From positions 42,036,001 through 42,100,000 of the forward strand of contig CM060733.1 in NCBI GenBank assembly GCA_030704615.1: a stretch of 64,000 nt of DNA, written 5' to 3'. The notes beneath the pieces are model-generated. The model searched no databases, had not been told where the DNA came from, and saw nothing but the letters and a program-made list of their open reading frames with translations. The DNA is from Takakia lepidozioides (taxonomy: Eukaryota; Plantae; Bryophyta). Below, in pieces: positions 13,218 to 25,231 of the stretch (its first letter is position 1; every line of letters begins with the position of its first letter). Position numbers and translations under genes: made by a program.

Positions 13218-14075
13218 GAGGTTTACTATTTCATGAGCATAAACCATGAGCCATGAGCCATGAGCCATGAGCCGCATGAGCCGCATGAGCGGTGAGCCGA
13301 AGTCTAAGATACGCGGATTTCATGAGCGGACTCCTCCAAATTTGGAAATGCGGCAGATTAAACAAGTATTAAAATAATACTTTTTTATTTGACCTTGCCG
13401 TTTTTGGACATTCCAGATCATGTAATGCGGCGAAGATATGTCGTCAGTAACAAGTCCGCTCATGGTTTTTTAGATCCGCTCATGGAAATAAGTGACCGTG
13501 CAACGGGAAATCCAGTATACCACTGCAAAAGGATGTCGCATACTGGCCTGTATAGAGTATTCCGCGGTTTTACATGCCTTAACATTGGAATGAAGCTGAC
13601 CCTTTTGCCGCGATTGAACCAATGGAGTCTGCACCAATACAGTCTGCAGTACTTCACAATTTTGTCTTCTTCGGGTATTCGGCGGGAAAGGTTTGCAACT
13701 GAACTGGGAAATAAGGTGCCGCATTAGGGTTCGCACGTGCGAAATTTCGGAGCGGTTTGGTGTTGGCGAAGGCCGCCTCTGCCAGTACCTACGATGATAC
13801 TTGGAAATGCGGCGCCGCATTTCCTTGTCGGAGGTCGAATGAGGAAAGCAAGTTTTCGGAAAGCAGAAAAACATGAACCCTCCAACATACAAAAATACAT
13901 GCACGTGGAAGCAAGTGAACGATATAGTAATATCTTAGTTCGAGCAAAACAGGTTACTGGTAGGCAAGACATATGTCGGACCTTTCTGTGGCCAGAGTCT
14001 GAGGTACTGGCAGCAGTACAGTTCTACTATCCGAAAAGGATGGGCGTACCATTGTATTGGGACCGCAAGCCAAGC

Positions 14076-14686
14076 TCACTGGTCCCCTGGATCCATATTC
14101 AGAAGAGTGTGAACCTCCTGGGGGCTCAACCCTGGTGCATGTATGAAGTGATGAGTTGTGGAATTACAACGGAGTCTCTTTAGGTACACGTAGTACAAAT
14201 GCTTGCAAGGGCAGTATGATGCCCCCTTGTTCGCCATGATCTGGAAGTCGGTGCAATTGCAGGTGGGTAATTCTGAAATGGTGATGGTGTACACCTCATT
14301 GCGAACAGCTGAGCCCGCCGTGGCCATCTGATACACACGCCCGAATCCTGGTGGGGGCACTTCTGTCGAGCTTGGATTGTACAGTTCATCCGAAGTGCAT
14401 TCCCCATCCTTGTCTCGTTCACTTTTGAGGGAGGTCGCCGCCTCTTGGTTTCCCCCAACGGTGTGTAGGATGCTTAGAGCTGTCGTGTCCCATTGTTCTT
14501 GCTCTCACAGGGGTCGGTGGTGGAGGCTGTGGAAGCGGAAATGGTTCTCTGGGGACGTCAGTGCGCTGCACCATCCGAAATCTTGCGGCGGTAAGGGCGT
14601 CGGCCTCAACCTGACTCAGATCGCAGCCTGGTTCCACCGGCCACACCGGGGGAGCCTCTGGCATTGTTTGTATGCCGTACTTGGGC
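14076..14686 (-). CDS. Family C transposase C-terminus with SWIM finger (rest lies in the gap)
   Basis: CNCTDF...CPCKHLYYVY; reverse complement of 28226-28837 with small indels. Confidence 0.85.
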
Positions 14687-15186
14687 NNNNNNNNNNNNNN
14701 NNNNNNNNNNNNNNNNNNNNNNNNNNNNNNNNNNNNNNNNNNNNNNNNNNNNNNNNNNNNNNNNNNNNNNNNNNNNNNNNNNNNNNNNNNNNNNNNNNNN
14801 NNNNNNNNNNNNNNNNNNNNNNNNNNNNNNNNNNNNNNNNNNNNNNNNNNNNNNNNNNNNNNNNNNNNNNNNNNNNNNNNNNNNNNNNNNNNNNNNNNNN
14901 NNNNNNNNNNNNNNNNNNNNNNNNNNNNNNNNNNNNNNNNNNNNNNNNNNNNNNNNNNNNNNNNNNNNNNNNNNNNNNNNNNNNNNNNNNNNNNNNNNNN
15001 NNNNNNNNNNNNNNNNNNNNNNNNNNNNNNNNNNNNNNNNNNNNNNNNNNNNNNNNNNNNNNNNNNNNNNNNNNNNNNNNNNNNNNNNNNNNNNNNNNNN
15101 NNNNNNNNNNNNNNNNNNNNNNNNNNNNNNNNNNNNNNNNNNNNNNNNNNNNNNNNNNNNNNNNNNNNNNNNNNNNNNNNNNNNNN
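14687..15186. other. Assembly gap (500 N)
   Basis: Run of N. Confidence 1.
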
Positions 15187-15209
15187 ATGTGAGACCTTCA
15201 ACCTTTCCA

Positions 15210-15550
15210 GACCGGAAATGCGACACCGCATTTCTGTCCAGGTGAGACCTCTATACTTTCCCGAACGGAAATGTGGCACGGCATTTCCATTCATCAACTA
15301 ACGTATGTGAAGTGGAACGGAAATGCGGCGCCGCATTTCCCTTCTGATCTCATACATGGAGCTGTGGGACGGAAATGCGGCACCGTATTTCCGTTCAACA
15401 ACTAAGGTATGTGAAGGTGGAACGGAAATGCGGTGCCGCATTTTCTTCCAACAAGTACGGATGTGTAGCTGTGATGTACTTAACGGAAATGCGGCGCCGC
15501 ATTCGCATTCTCGCTCCAACTCATCAGACGCTGGGACGGAAATGCCTTGA
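15210..15550. repeat. Family C palindrome cluster between the transposase and the ParB-methyltransferase gene
   Basis: About 6 copies, including the perfect GGAAATGCGGCGCCGCATTTCC at 15319. Confidence 0.9.
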
Positions 15551-15853
15551 AATGTGAACACGTGGAGCAACGGAATTGCTGCACATGTCGGCACTCTATC
15601 TGACTGAAGGGGCATGAGGCGGCGCGGCCTGACCGTTGGATAATGATGTTTGATTTTTCGGACGGCAGGCGTACCCTCAACGATTCGAATTTCGTAATGA
15701 CGCAAACTCCACGAGGAGACACTTTCGTCCAACCTTTCGAACCCAAGTGGTGCATCACCGCCGTTTCATCTACTTTTGTCGTGTCTCCTCAGTCACCCCT
15801 CTCGCGCCCTTTCCATCTGCACTCTTTGCCCCTTTTCCCTCTCTGTTCTTCTT

Positions 15854-18800
15854 ATGCTCGAACCTGAGAGGGGGGGAGTTCGTGCACCAGACAGGAGACC
15901 TCGTCGCAAGCTCCGGAAATTATACTTCGGACGTAGGCCAATGCCGAAGGGGAGGAAGCAGATGCGTCTACAGGAGGAGATTGCCATCTCCGAGCAGCAG
16001 GCCACTCAGGCAACCCAGCCACCAGTGAGAGCTCCATGCGATCGGGCTGCGCGCAGCTGATCGAGCACCGAACCCCCCATTTTGCTTCTGTAATTCTTAG
16101 ACTGAATGCTAGGAGACTTGAATGCAGAACATGTTTGCATGCCTAACAGGAAAGGTGGACGTGCTGGAGGGATCGCAGGAATCCGAAGAGCCGCAGGAAG
16201 AGTCCGAGGAGCTAGCTGCAGCACGTACACCCACCCGATCCCCGAGCGCGGGTATCCTGCCGGCCTAGCCCTCTGCGATTCAAAGACGCGTCTTCGAAGG
16301 GCAAGTTCAAAGTCTCCAGAGATCGACTCGCGTTCTTCGATCATGGAGAATCGCCAGCAGGGTCGGGCCCTTCTCCAGCAAAGTCGAAGAAGAAGCAGCC
16401 CGTCCCTCTACTGGCTTCTGAACCGGCTCAGGCCGATTCACCCCCCCAACGCGAATGAAGCAGCAGGGTAGAAACAGATTCTATTGCAGCAGACACCTTC
16501 ACCTGCAAGGATGAGGAAGCAGAAGGCAATCAGGGCGACGGCGAACAATCTCCCGCAAAACCGCTTCCACGAGCTGAAGCTCAGTTCCTGGAGGATTTCC
16601 CGCCTGCAGATGTTGGGGCCGACTCTGCTGCAGCGAAGGCAATGGGATCGACCGTTGATCTCGATTTGGTACCGGAGGAGGGTGCTGCCGCTGAACGTTC
16701 GCAGCAGACCTCACCACCGATGAGCTAGCAGGCCCGGAGGAGGCCTCTGCAATGGCAGAATTGCCCGCACACAGGCCCCAGAGTGCAGCTCCAGTTGAGG
16801 ATGCTCCACCTGCTCAGCCACTACCGCACCTACAGACATGTCTCCGGAGGATTTCAAAAGTGCAGCGGATAAAATGTTGGAGGAGACACACAGTAGCATT
16901 GGCAGAGTTCTGGGCAGCAGGGTATTCCAGCGGACTCTTCGAATCCCACTCTGTCGCATGGTCTCCCTTCCCATCGTCAGGCAGGCCCTTCCCGGAGATG
17001 TGGATAAGCTCAAGTTCGCATTTCGAGAAGGGTACCGTCTGGGATCGGCAGCGTTTTACGTTTCCATAGAGAATGAGGACGGCGAAACCCGTGGACCCAC
17101 TGCCGATGAATTGTCAACGTGGGATACCCACTGGCACACTCGCAACCACGAATTCGAGGCGACGCTGAAGGGTGATCCCGACTTCGGCCATATGTCGGGA
17201 AAAATGTTCTTTGTGTGGGACGGGAATCACCGACTTCTCGCCTGGTGGGAGTACATCAAGCAGAACCATGCCAAGCACATTGGCTGGCATTACATGGTGG
17301 AGTGTGTCATCCTCAAGGTGAAGGCGGCAGACTCCTCCCTCCTCAAGAATGCCATGGCGGACCTCAACTCGTAAGATACTCATACCCTCCCTAGCACATT
17401 CGAAATGCGGTGCCGCATTTCGGTTTCCATTCTGGTTTGTTCCGTGCTTCCGTGTACTGAACTGGAGAGTGTGCCTTGCAGGGTCACTGAGAATGCGTAC
17501 GTGCATACCCACATGGCACATATGCTGTACAGGGTGAGGAAAACTGGTCTTACTGATCCGCAGATGTTTGCGGAAATGCTGGAGCCGGAGCTCATTCAGA
17601 AAGCCGTTGCAAAAACAGACCGGACATGGTATCGTCTCACTATGGATGGAATGGTGAGGTGATATACGAAGTAAGTCGTGCTCCAATTTCCCTCTGCTCA
17701 TCCTTCCCAATTTCCAGTAATGTTTCCACATGAATCGAATGTAACGCTTCTGCATGTTTTTGTTGGCAGTCAAACATCAAGCTGGATTTGGCCCATGCCA
17801 AACGCTTCTTCATGGAAAGTGAGGGGCAGGTCAAAACGTTGCAGTCATTGACTGAGCACTTGAAGGAAGCCGGTGTCAAGTCCAGAACCAAATACAAGTC
17901 AAAGCTTGTGAAGCTGGTGGCAATTGCAGATCCGGCACTTGGAAAGGACTTCATCCCCGAGATTGCAAAACACTATTCTCGGGCCATGCAGCCGACCATG
18001 CAATTGGAGAAACTGCATCACCTCTCAACGGCATGTGTGGAGGCGAAAGAGAAGGTGAGGTTTCAATGCACTGAATTTCCTTCCTAGCAATAGCCACTCT
18101 CTTCCAGCCACTGACATTGGATCGGAAATGGCAGACACGGTGGCTGTCGATCTGGAATGCATCCGAGAGCATAAGGACAATGTGGTCTTTTCCACTGGAA
18201 GTTTCCGACCCTGCAGTGGATGTGTGGCTCAACCGCATGACTTGGTGGTTCCAGGTAATTCAAGGTACTTCCCCAGATTTGCTTTTCTGACATGAATTCC
18301 CTGAACTGCTACGTGACAATGCATTTGGGAATGCAGGTAATGTCGAATGCAAAGGAGCAAGTCGTAATGCACACAAATTCGTTCGGCTTGTACGTCAAAT
18401 GGGATGGAACACAGACATTGGAAGACTACGTGACACGTTTCAGATGTGCGTACAAGGACAACCTTTTCGCCAGAGAGCTACAGACAGCAAGAAGGAGCGT
18501 GGAGTTTACACATCAGGAGGGAGCGGGGAAAGCTGCAATGCGAATTGTTTACAGGTGAAGCACAGCTGCCCTTGTATGCGAAGCCTGGTTACGAGGTTTG
18601 TCTCGGAAATGCGGCACCGCATTCGCATTTTATGTTTTCGGTGGCACTCTGCCAGTAGGTTGGTCTCAAGTTTTTGCTCACGCATGCTGACTGCCTTGCA
18701 GGTATATGAAATACGTGCTCCTTCAGACAGGGGCCCTGGCTCAAGAGCCCCCGTTCTTCATGGCTTGGACCGTGGCGGGCCCAAGCTGTGTCTACACACC

Positions 18801-21038
18801 CGAGATGCAGAAACAATGGCATCCCGCGCATCTCGTTGGATGCCCGTGGTACCTGGACATGTCTGGCGGTATTGTTGACGAGTCTGAGAAAGATCTGCAC
18901 GCCTTGGCAGAAGAGAAGAGAAAGGAAAGACGTGTCCCTGCTGGGCCAAAGTCGGCAAAGGAATCTGCTGCTCTGGAAGAATCCAGAAAGGCAGCTGAGA
19001 TGGCACAAAAGACGGTGGATGCAGCTGTGCAGGCCCAACAGAAGGGGTCGAAGAAGAGGACTCGCCAGCAAGGAGCAGCTGTTGTGACACCCGCCAAAAC
19101 GAAGAAGCAGAACAGCCTGTTCAGGAAGAGGGTGAGGAAGAGGACTCCGATGGAGACTTTGCAACCAGCCCACCCCCCCAAACGCAGGCTGCCTCCCCTG
19201 TGCCCACCGTTGTCACGAGAGGCACGAGAACTGGCTCGGCAAAGAAGGCACTCTTCAACCCCCCAGGGGGGCACCCTTTCGAGCCGGTGGAAATGAAGAG
19301 GCCGAAAGTGGCTCCCGAAACTGTAGTCCAGTGTGTAAATGAGAGTTTCTTGGCGGCTTTGGATGGACGGGCAGCCAAGTTGGCATACATGAAGACCATG
19401 GAGGGTCTGAAGGGCAGCACTGAAGAAGGCGACTGCCGAAGAGCCTTCCGACACCCCAGGATTTCAGAATATGGTCTCGTTCTTTGAGAGGGTGTGTGCA
19501 GACAAGGATTGTAGGAGGGGCGGAAATGCCACCGAGTGGTCTTGCGATATGATCATCTTGGATATTCCGGACGGAGAGCCTGTGGAAGGACTGCAAGCTT
19601 TGCCATCTTGGAACAGGTACTCGGAGGACTTTTGGAAGAAAGGATTCGGGCTTGCCGCATGGTGTTGGACGACAGAGGCTGTGTGGTTGTCCTGGCGAGC
19701 AGAGGAAAAAACACTCAGACAGGAATTGCGAAGTGGACCCGCAAGAGCGCCGTCCCGATTCTGAAAAAGAAGTGGACGTGCATCAACACACTGGGCCTTC
19801 GGTCGGAAGGGAAGAAGGTGATTACGACACTGGCACTCGTCCATTCATTTGCTTGGGTGCTTTCAAATGCGGTGCCGCATTCGGTTTCTAATCGTTTTCC
19901 CCCTGTGTATGCAGACGAAGCAGTTCGATGCATACTGCTTTGTGAAGGAAAACTCCACCTTTGCTTTCCGGAAGGAGGGAGGAAAGGTTGACCCGAACTG
20001 CGACCCCTCGATTACGACGTTCTGTTCAACAACGTTCCCAAGGAACTTCTCCCTCATAGCCTCACTTCAACGGAACCCCTGCGGTACTCACGGACTCGGA
20101 GCCCTGCCTTCATTCAGACAATTATGGAGACATGCACAGACGTGGAACAGTGACCTCAGTGGGACAGGTATGCAGAATCTTGATCTCTGCTGTTCTGCAA
20201 ATTCTCGTTAGGATGTAGTTCGCAACATCTGAAGCGCCATGTGGTAATGTGTGGATGGCATTGTAACAGGTGCCTCAATGTGGGCTGGGCGGTTTTCCGA
20301 CCGGCACCTCTTTGCCTACGAGGAGGATTCATCCGTGTGGGGATCCCATCTGGAGGGGCTGCAACGGAATGTGAAGGCTCCCGACAGAGCGGAAGTCTCC
20401 TCGGATTCGTCGGAGTCCGAGGAAGACACAGTGGACATTGATGCAGAGGAGAACCCGGAATACGAGTGAGTGCAAACATTGTAAGTTTGCAAAGCCTTCT
20501 GGGTCATTTATGTCAAAGAATTTCCCGACTGTGGTTCTCATTAGTCTCGTTGATGATTGTCATGTGCAGGATTGCAGGGTCCGGGTCGAAACATGTAGGG
20601 CCTACACTTCCTGCCAGGAAGAATGTCCCGTTCTTTGCGAGGGCCGACTTCATGACGAGCCCGGTGAGGGACTACTCCCTTCCTAGTTATGCAGCTAAAC
20701 TCGCAAATACAGCGATTAGAAGAAGTGAGAATCCCAGTAAAGTAGAGCAGATTTTGGAGAGGGCTAGGGAGGACAGAAGGATAAGGAAAGAGTTGGCAGC
20801 AGCTCAGACAGGTAGACGGGTACGAAAGTACATATGTGATTCAGCGGATGAGAGCGACGCAGACAGGGAGGAGGACGACCCAACGGAGGTGAGATGGACA
20901 GTTCCGCAAGGGGAAGATGGGATTTTTGAAAGCCTGGCCAACGAGCAGTCCGCTGGAGATGAGAGAGGCACTGAGGGGGTGGAGGAGGAGCAGGACAGTC
21001 TAGAACAGGATGAGGATTCCGATGATTTTCAAGATTAA
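15854..21038 (+). CDS. ParB-DNA methyltransferase fusion, family C copy 2 (multi-exon, several 1-bp indels)
   Basis: Contains MLEPER...RRKLRKLYF, IPLCRMVSLPIVR, FFVWDGNHRLLAWW, QLEKLHHL, WHPAHLVGCPWYLD and MIILDIPDG. Intron positions match families A and B. Confidence 0.75.
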
Positions 21039-21177
21039 TAGAATTTTAATGAAGTCTCTGTAAATGTAAATTCTCTTCCAGAGTATATAAAGAAAATTCT
21101 GCCCGACATTCGTGACCCCTCTCCAGTGTGGCATTCCAGCCACACAATCGCCCAAACCAGGACGCTCCCAAAATCAG

Positions 21178-21985
21178 AAATGGGCAGGGCATTTCCAAAA
21201 TTTTGGCAACTCTAAGAACCTCTTTTGGAAATGCGGCACCGCATTTCCAAAACAGGGGAGGGACTAATTTTTCCATTTCAATGTTGGCATAGTAAAAAGT
21301 AATCTGAATTGGGAATGCGGTGCCGCATTTCCAAAATTTTCCTTTGTCCACACGCCAGTTTTGGCCTCTCCGCTCATTGCATGGATGCCACCACGCTTAC
21401 AGAGGTCGAACAAGGAGTCGAACAAGGCCGACATGGCGGGATTGGAAATGCGGTGCCGCATTTCCATATTGGGGATGGTGGTTGTTCGAACTGCAGACCC
21501 ATCAGCAAAAACTGGCACCGCATTCCATTGTAAAAAAAAGTCGATGACGGACATGGAAATGCGGCGCCGCATTTCCAGAACGGACATCGCAATTTGTCAA
21601 TTTGCAGACCCTCTCTCGGAAATGCGGTAACGCATTCCATCGCGCTGGTCGGAAATAGGTGCACTTTTCGAAGTGTTGGACGGAAATGCGGCACCGCATT
21701 CCCTTGTCCAAAAGAAGTTTCCATTGCCAAGCTGGAAATGCGTCGCCGCATTTGCAATGCCAACCTCGTTTTCTGATCAATTTATAGACCCGTGTTGGTA
21801 TTTCGGTACCTGGACGGAAATGATGCACCGCATTTTCTTGTCCCACATGGAAATGCGGTGCGCATTTCGATTCCGACATGGAAATGCGGTGCCGCATTCG
21901 ATCCCGAGGAATGCGCCGCATTTCGATGACATGGAATGCGGCGCCGCATTTCGTCCGACATGGAATGCGGTGCCGCATTTCATGT
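21178..21985. repeat. Family C palindrome cluster downstream of the ParB-methyltransferase gene
   Basis: Includes a local tandem expansion of about 28-31 bp units (GACATGGAA(A)TGCGGYRCCGCATT) at about 21845-21985, longer than in copy 1. Confidence 0.88.
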
Positions 21986-22605
21986 CCGACATGGCGTTAC
22001 TCTGGTATATTCTTGACACATGACTCACATACCGGTTACTCTGCTTTATTCAACCAGACAGACAATTGTAGAAATGAGACATCAAATTGTAAACAGTGGG
22101 CCAAATCCGAGAGTTATTCAACACAATGAAACACAGTCATACAGAAGTGAGGTACATTCCAGGCACACTCCAGGGCACATTTAAATTTCCCCCGTACAGG
22201 ATCCTGGACCGATGAAGATTGGCTGCTGCATGAATGTAGCCGTTTCAGTTTCCTACCCTGCCATGCAAACTATGGGCAGTCACTGCCAGGTGGGCCGATA
22301 GCCACTGGACACGACGAAGTCCATCCCTCTTCGATGTAAATGCGGCGCCGAATTTTCATCCGGGGGGATGGATTTCGGTGGCAGATCTCAAACTATAACT
22401 TGTTGATGAGAAAGATGTATGGCTTCATCCACCGCGGGCGTGATGAACACGTTCCACCTCCGTCGGTGGGTACGTGTGACCCAGATGCTCCATTTTGGAG
22501 GCCGGACTGCTCTTCCGCTTCGTATCTTTTCCAAAATCTAAGGGCTTCGTAGCTGTCCGCAAGGTCATCGGCATCCAAGTCGTCCTCAGGTCCTCCATTG
22601 CAAGG

Positions 22606-23166
22606 ATGCCGTGCTTCCGGAACCGGGACGACTGCCCCTTTGGAGGCATCGATTATGCAATGTATTCGGCCACATCGGGAGACATTGTTATCTGGTACAC
22701 AGATTACACAGAAGATACTGGTTCGATTGTGGAAACATTGGTGGCTTTTGAGTATATCGTAGGCCACTACGCCTTCGAGCGGGGTGACGATCTTGGTTGA
22801 GGAGTCCGTGGCTCCTGCGCATCCTCGATTCCGATTTTCCCAGCTACGACGGTCACCCATGCAGAAGAAGGCGCACTGCTATGCTGTTGCGGTGGAACTG
22901 CTGCCACTGGACGTGGGTGGACTCATCGGAGAGACCTATTCTCCTCGAGGAGTGCGCTCCTCTTCTCCATTGTATGGGGACATTCGCATTGGTGTGGACG
23001 ACGAAAAACGTGAAGATTCCATATTCGATGGTGGTATGATTGAAGGGCAGGACATTGTGGTGAACATCACTAGGGGCGGTACAACGGCTGCAATCGACTT
23101 TACATGGAGGAGCCCAGGACTCATGAGCTAGTTCTGAGAGCAGTCGAAGTCCCATTGACAACGTGA
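22606..23166 (+). pseudogene. Frameshifted copy of cargo paralog 2
   Basis: Matches 4488-5051 with several indels. Paralog 1 is deleted from this copy at about 22155. Confidence 0.75.
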
Positions 23167-23644
23167 CTTGTATTCAGTAGGCACAGGGCTCAAGATTTGA
23201 GGGCACAATCAGCACAGTAGACGTGCTTCAAATGCAATTCATGTGGATCAATAAAAACCTCATTGTGCCTCTTTTTATTCTATTCTGTGTCCATTGTTTC
23301 CGAGAATGCGTCATTGCTCATTTCGTTTGGGATTGGGAGTGTGGGTGAATTTTGCAAATGGCTGGTAGGCTGAAATGGGCCCCCATTGTACAGAGCAATA
23401 CCACCCTCCCATTCGCGAAACATTGCCTTTCAATATATAATTCTAATAACATTGCGAACCCCTTCATCGGGAGGTCCTTCTCCCCCTATGACCGTGGCAC
23501 CTAAACCCTATTCCCGCGGACACTCATCCGGAAAATATGGGCTGCTCATGTTTTTTTCCACACTTACGACTCTGCTCAGGCTCATGCCGCTCATGGCTCA
23601 TGGCTCATGAAATAGCAGCCCCGCCTCTGATGAGTTGGAGCGAA

Positions 23645-24800
23645 AATGCGAATGCGGCGCCGCATTTCCGTTAAGTACGATCACTCTGCTACACATCCGT
23701 ACTTGTTGGAAGAAAATGCGGCACCGCATTTCCGTTCCACCTTCACATACCTTAGTTGTTGAACGGAAATACGGTGCCGCATTTCTGTCCCACAGCTCCA
23801 AGTATGAGATTCAAAACGGAAATGCGGCACCGCATTTCCGTTCTGGAATGTCGAAAGGTGCGATTGGGACGGGAATGAGGCACAACATTTCAGTTCCCGT
23901 GGTTCATGATTTTCAATGTGAACGAAATGCGGTACCGCATTTCCGTTCCCACTTCACATCCGTTAGATGATGAATGGAAATGCCGTGCCACATTTCCGTT
24001 CGGAAAGTATAGAGGTCTCACCTGGACAGAAATGCGGTGCCGCATTTCCGGTCCGGAAAGTTTGAAGGTCTCACATGGATGGAAATGCGGGTACACATTT
24101 TCGTAGCACAGCTCCAGGCCCAATATACAAAACGGAAATGCGGCGCCGCATTTCCGTTCTAGAATGTCGGAAGGTGCGACTCGAACGGAAATGCGGTGCC
24201 GGATTTCTGTTCCGTTGCGCACGATTTTCAGTCAGAATGGAAATGCGGTACCGCATTTCCGTTCTGTAGAGTATTAACGTCTGACGCTGGCGGAAATTTC
24301 CGTGCCGCATTTTCGTTCGCTCCATGCCTCACATACAAAACAGAAATGCGGCGCCGCATTTCCGTTTGGAATGTCGAAGGTGCGACTCCCACGGAAATGC
24401 GGTACCGCATTTCAGTTCCGAGGTTTCAGGATGAGCATTTCGTTCCAACATACCGTGCTTGTGGAATGAAAATGCCACATTTCCGTTCGGAGAAATGTCT
24501 TTTAAGGACGGAAATGTGCTGCACATTTCGCATCAGATACAAATGGAAATGCAAATGCTCGAAAAAGTGCGACTCGGACGGAAATGCGGTGCCGCAATCT
24601 CAATCAGACGGGACATGCGGGGGTTCCCGGTACCGGCCTTTCCGTTCCACCTTCACATACCGGCTGCGGATGGAAATGCGTTACCGCATTTCCGTTCTGG
24701 AGAGTATAAAGGTTTCCCCCGGACGGAAACTCGGTGCCGTATTTCCGTCGCTCTGGTGCATGACCAAGATGCAATACGGAAATGCGGCGCCGTATTTTCG
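23645..24800. repeat. Dense family C palindrome array upstream of the transposase
   Basis: About 20 copies of (AC)GGAAATGCGG-YR-CCGCATTTCC(GT) at roughly 50-55 bp spacing, with partly diverged linkers. Confidence 0.9.
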
Positions 24801-25231
24801 TCCACCAGCAATCGAAAGAATCACTCGGGACGGGAAATCTGGAACCTGAATGGGTTGCATTGTTCCGAAACAACACAATTGCGGCCAGTCTTGGATGAGC
24901 ACAACTTGGTTGTCTGACAGTTTTAACCAGCAGTCCTGGCACTTGTCAGTGCGAACGTTCCTGTCTGCACCGAGAATACTGCTGGATCCACCCTCAGGAG
25001 AAACTGTCAGGAGATGTTATTTCGTCGCCGAATCGGCCATCATTGTCATACTCACTGGCTATGGAATCAAACCTCCCACCTTCATGCATGTAGCTTGAAA
25101 CAATACTTTCCACTTCAATGTGCGACTTCCAATCGTCGATGGACTCCGCAGATCCACTTAGATGGTGCCTGTGAGCCTTGGTCTGTCGCTATACTGAACC
25201 TCGGCACTTGCCAACTCCGTGAGGATGTTCG

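Larger units (their letters stand above)
13218..23622. mobile_element. MULE family C, copy 2 (spans the gap; may be chimeric)
   Basis: Left end GAGGTTTACTATTTCATGAGC followed by (CATGAGC)n; right end ...GCTCATGAAATAGCAGCCCC. The flanking 9-mers do not match each other. Confidence 0.75.

Noticed and set aside
16838-17374. Bacterial or phage contamination explaining ParB and the methyltransferase
   Set aside because: The genes have conserved spliceosomal introns and lie inside MULE termini, one with a TSD in a gypsy element.
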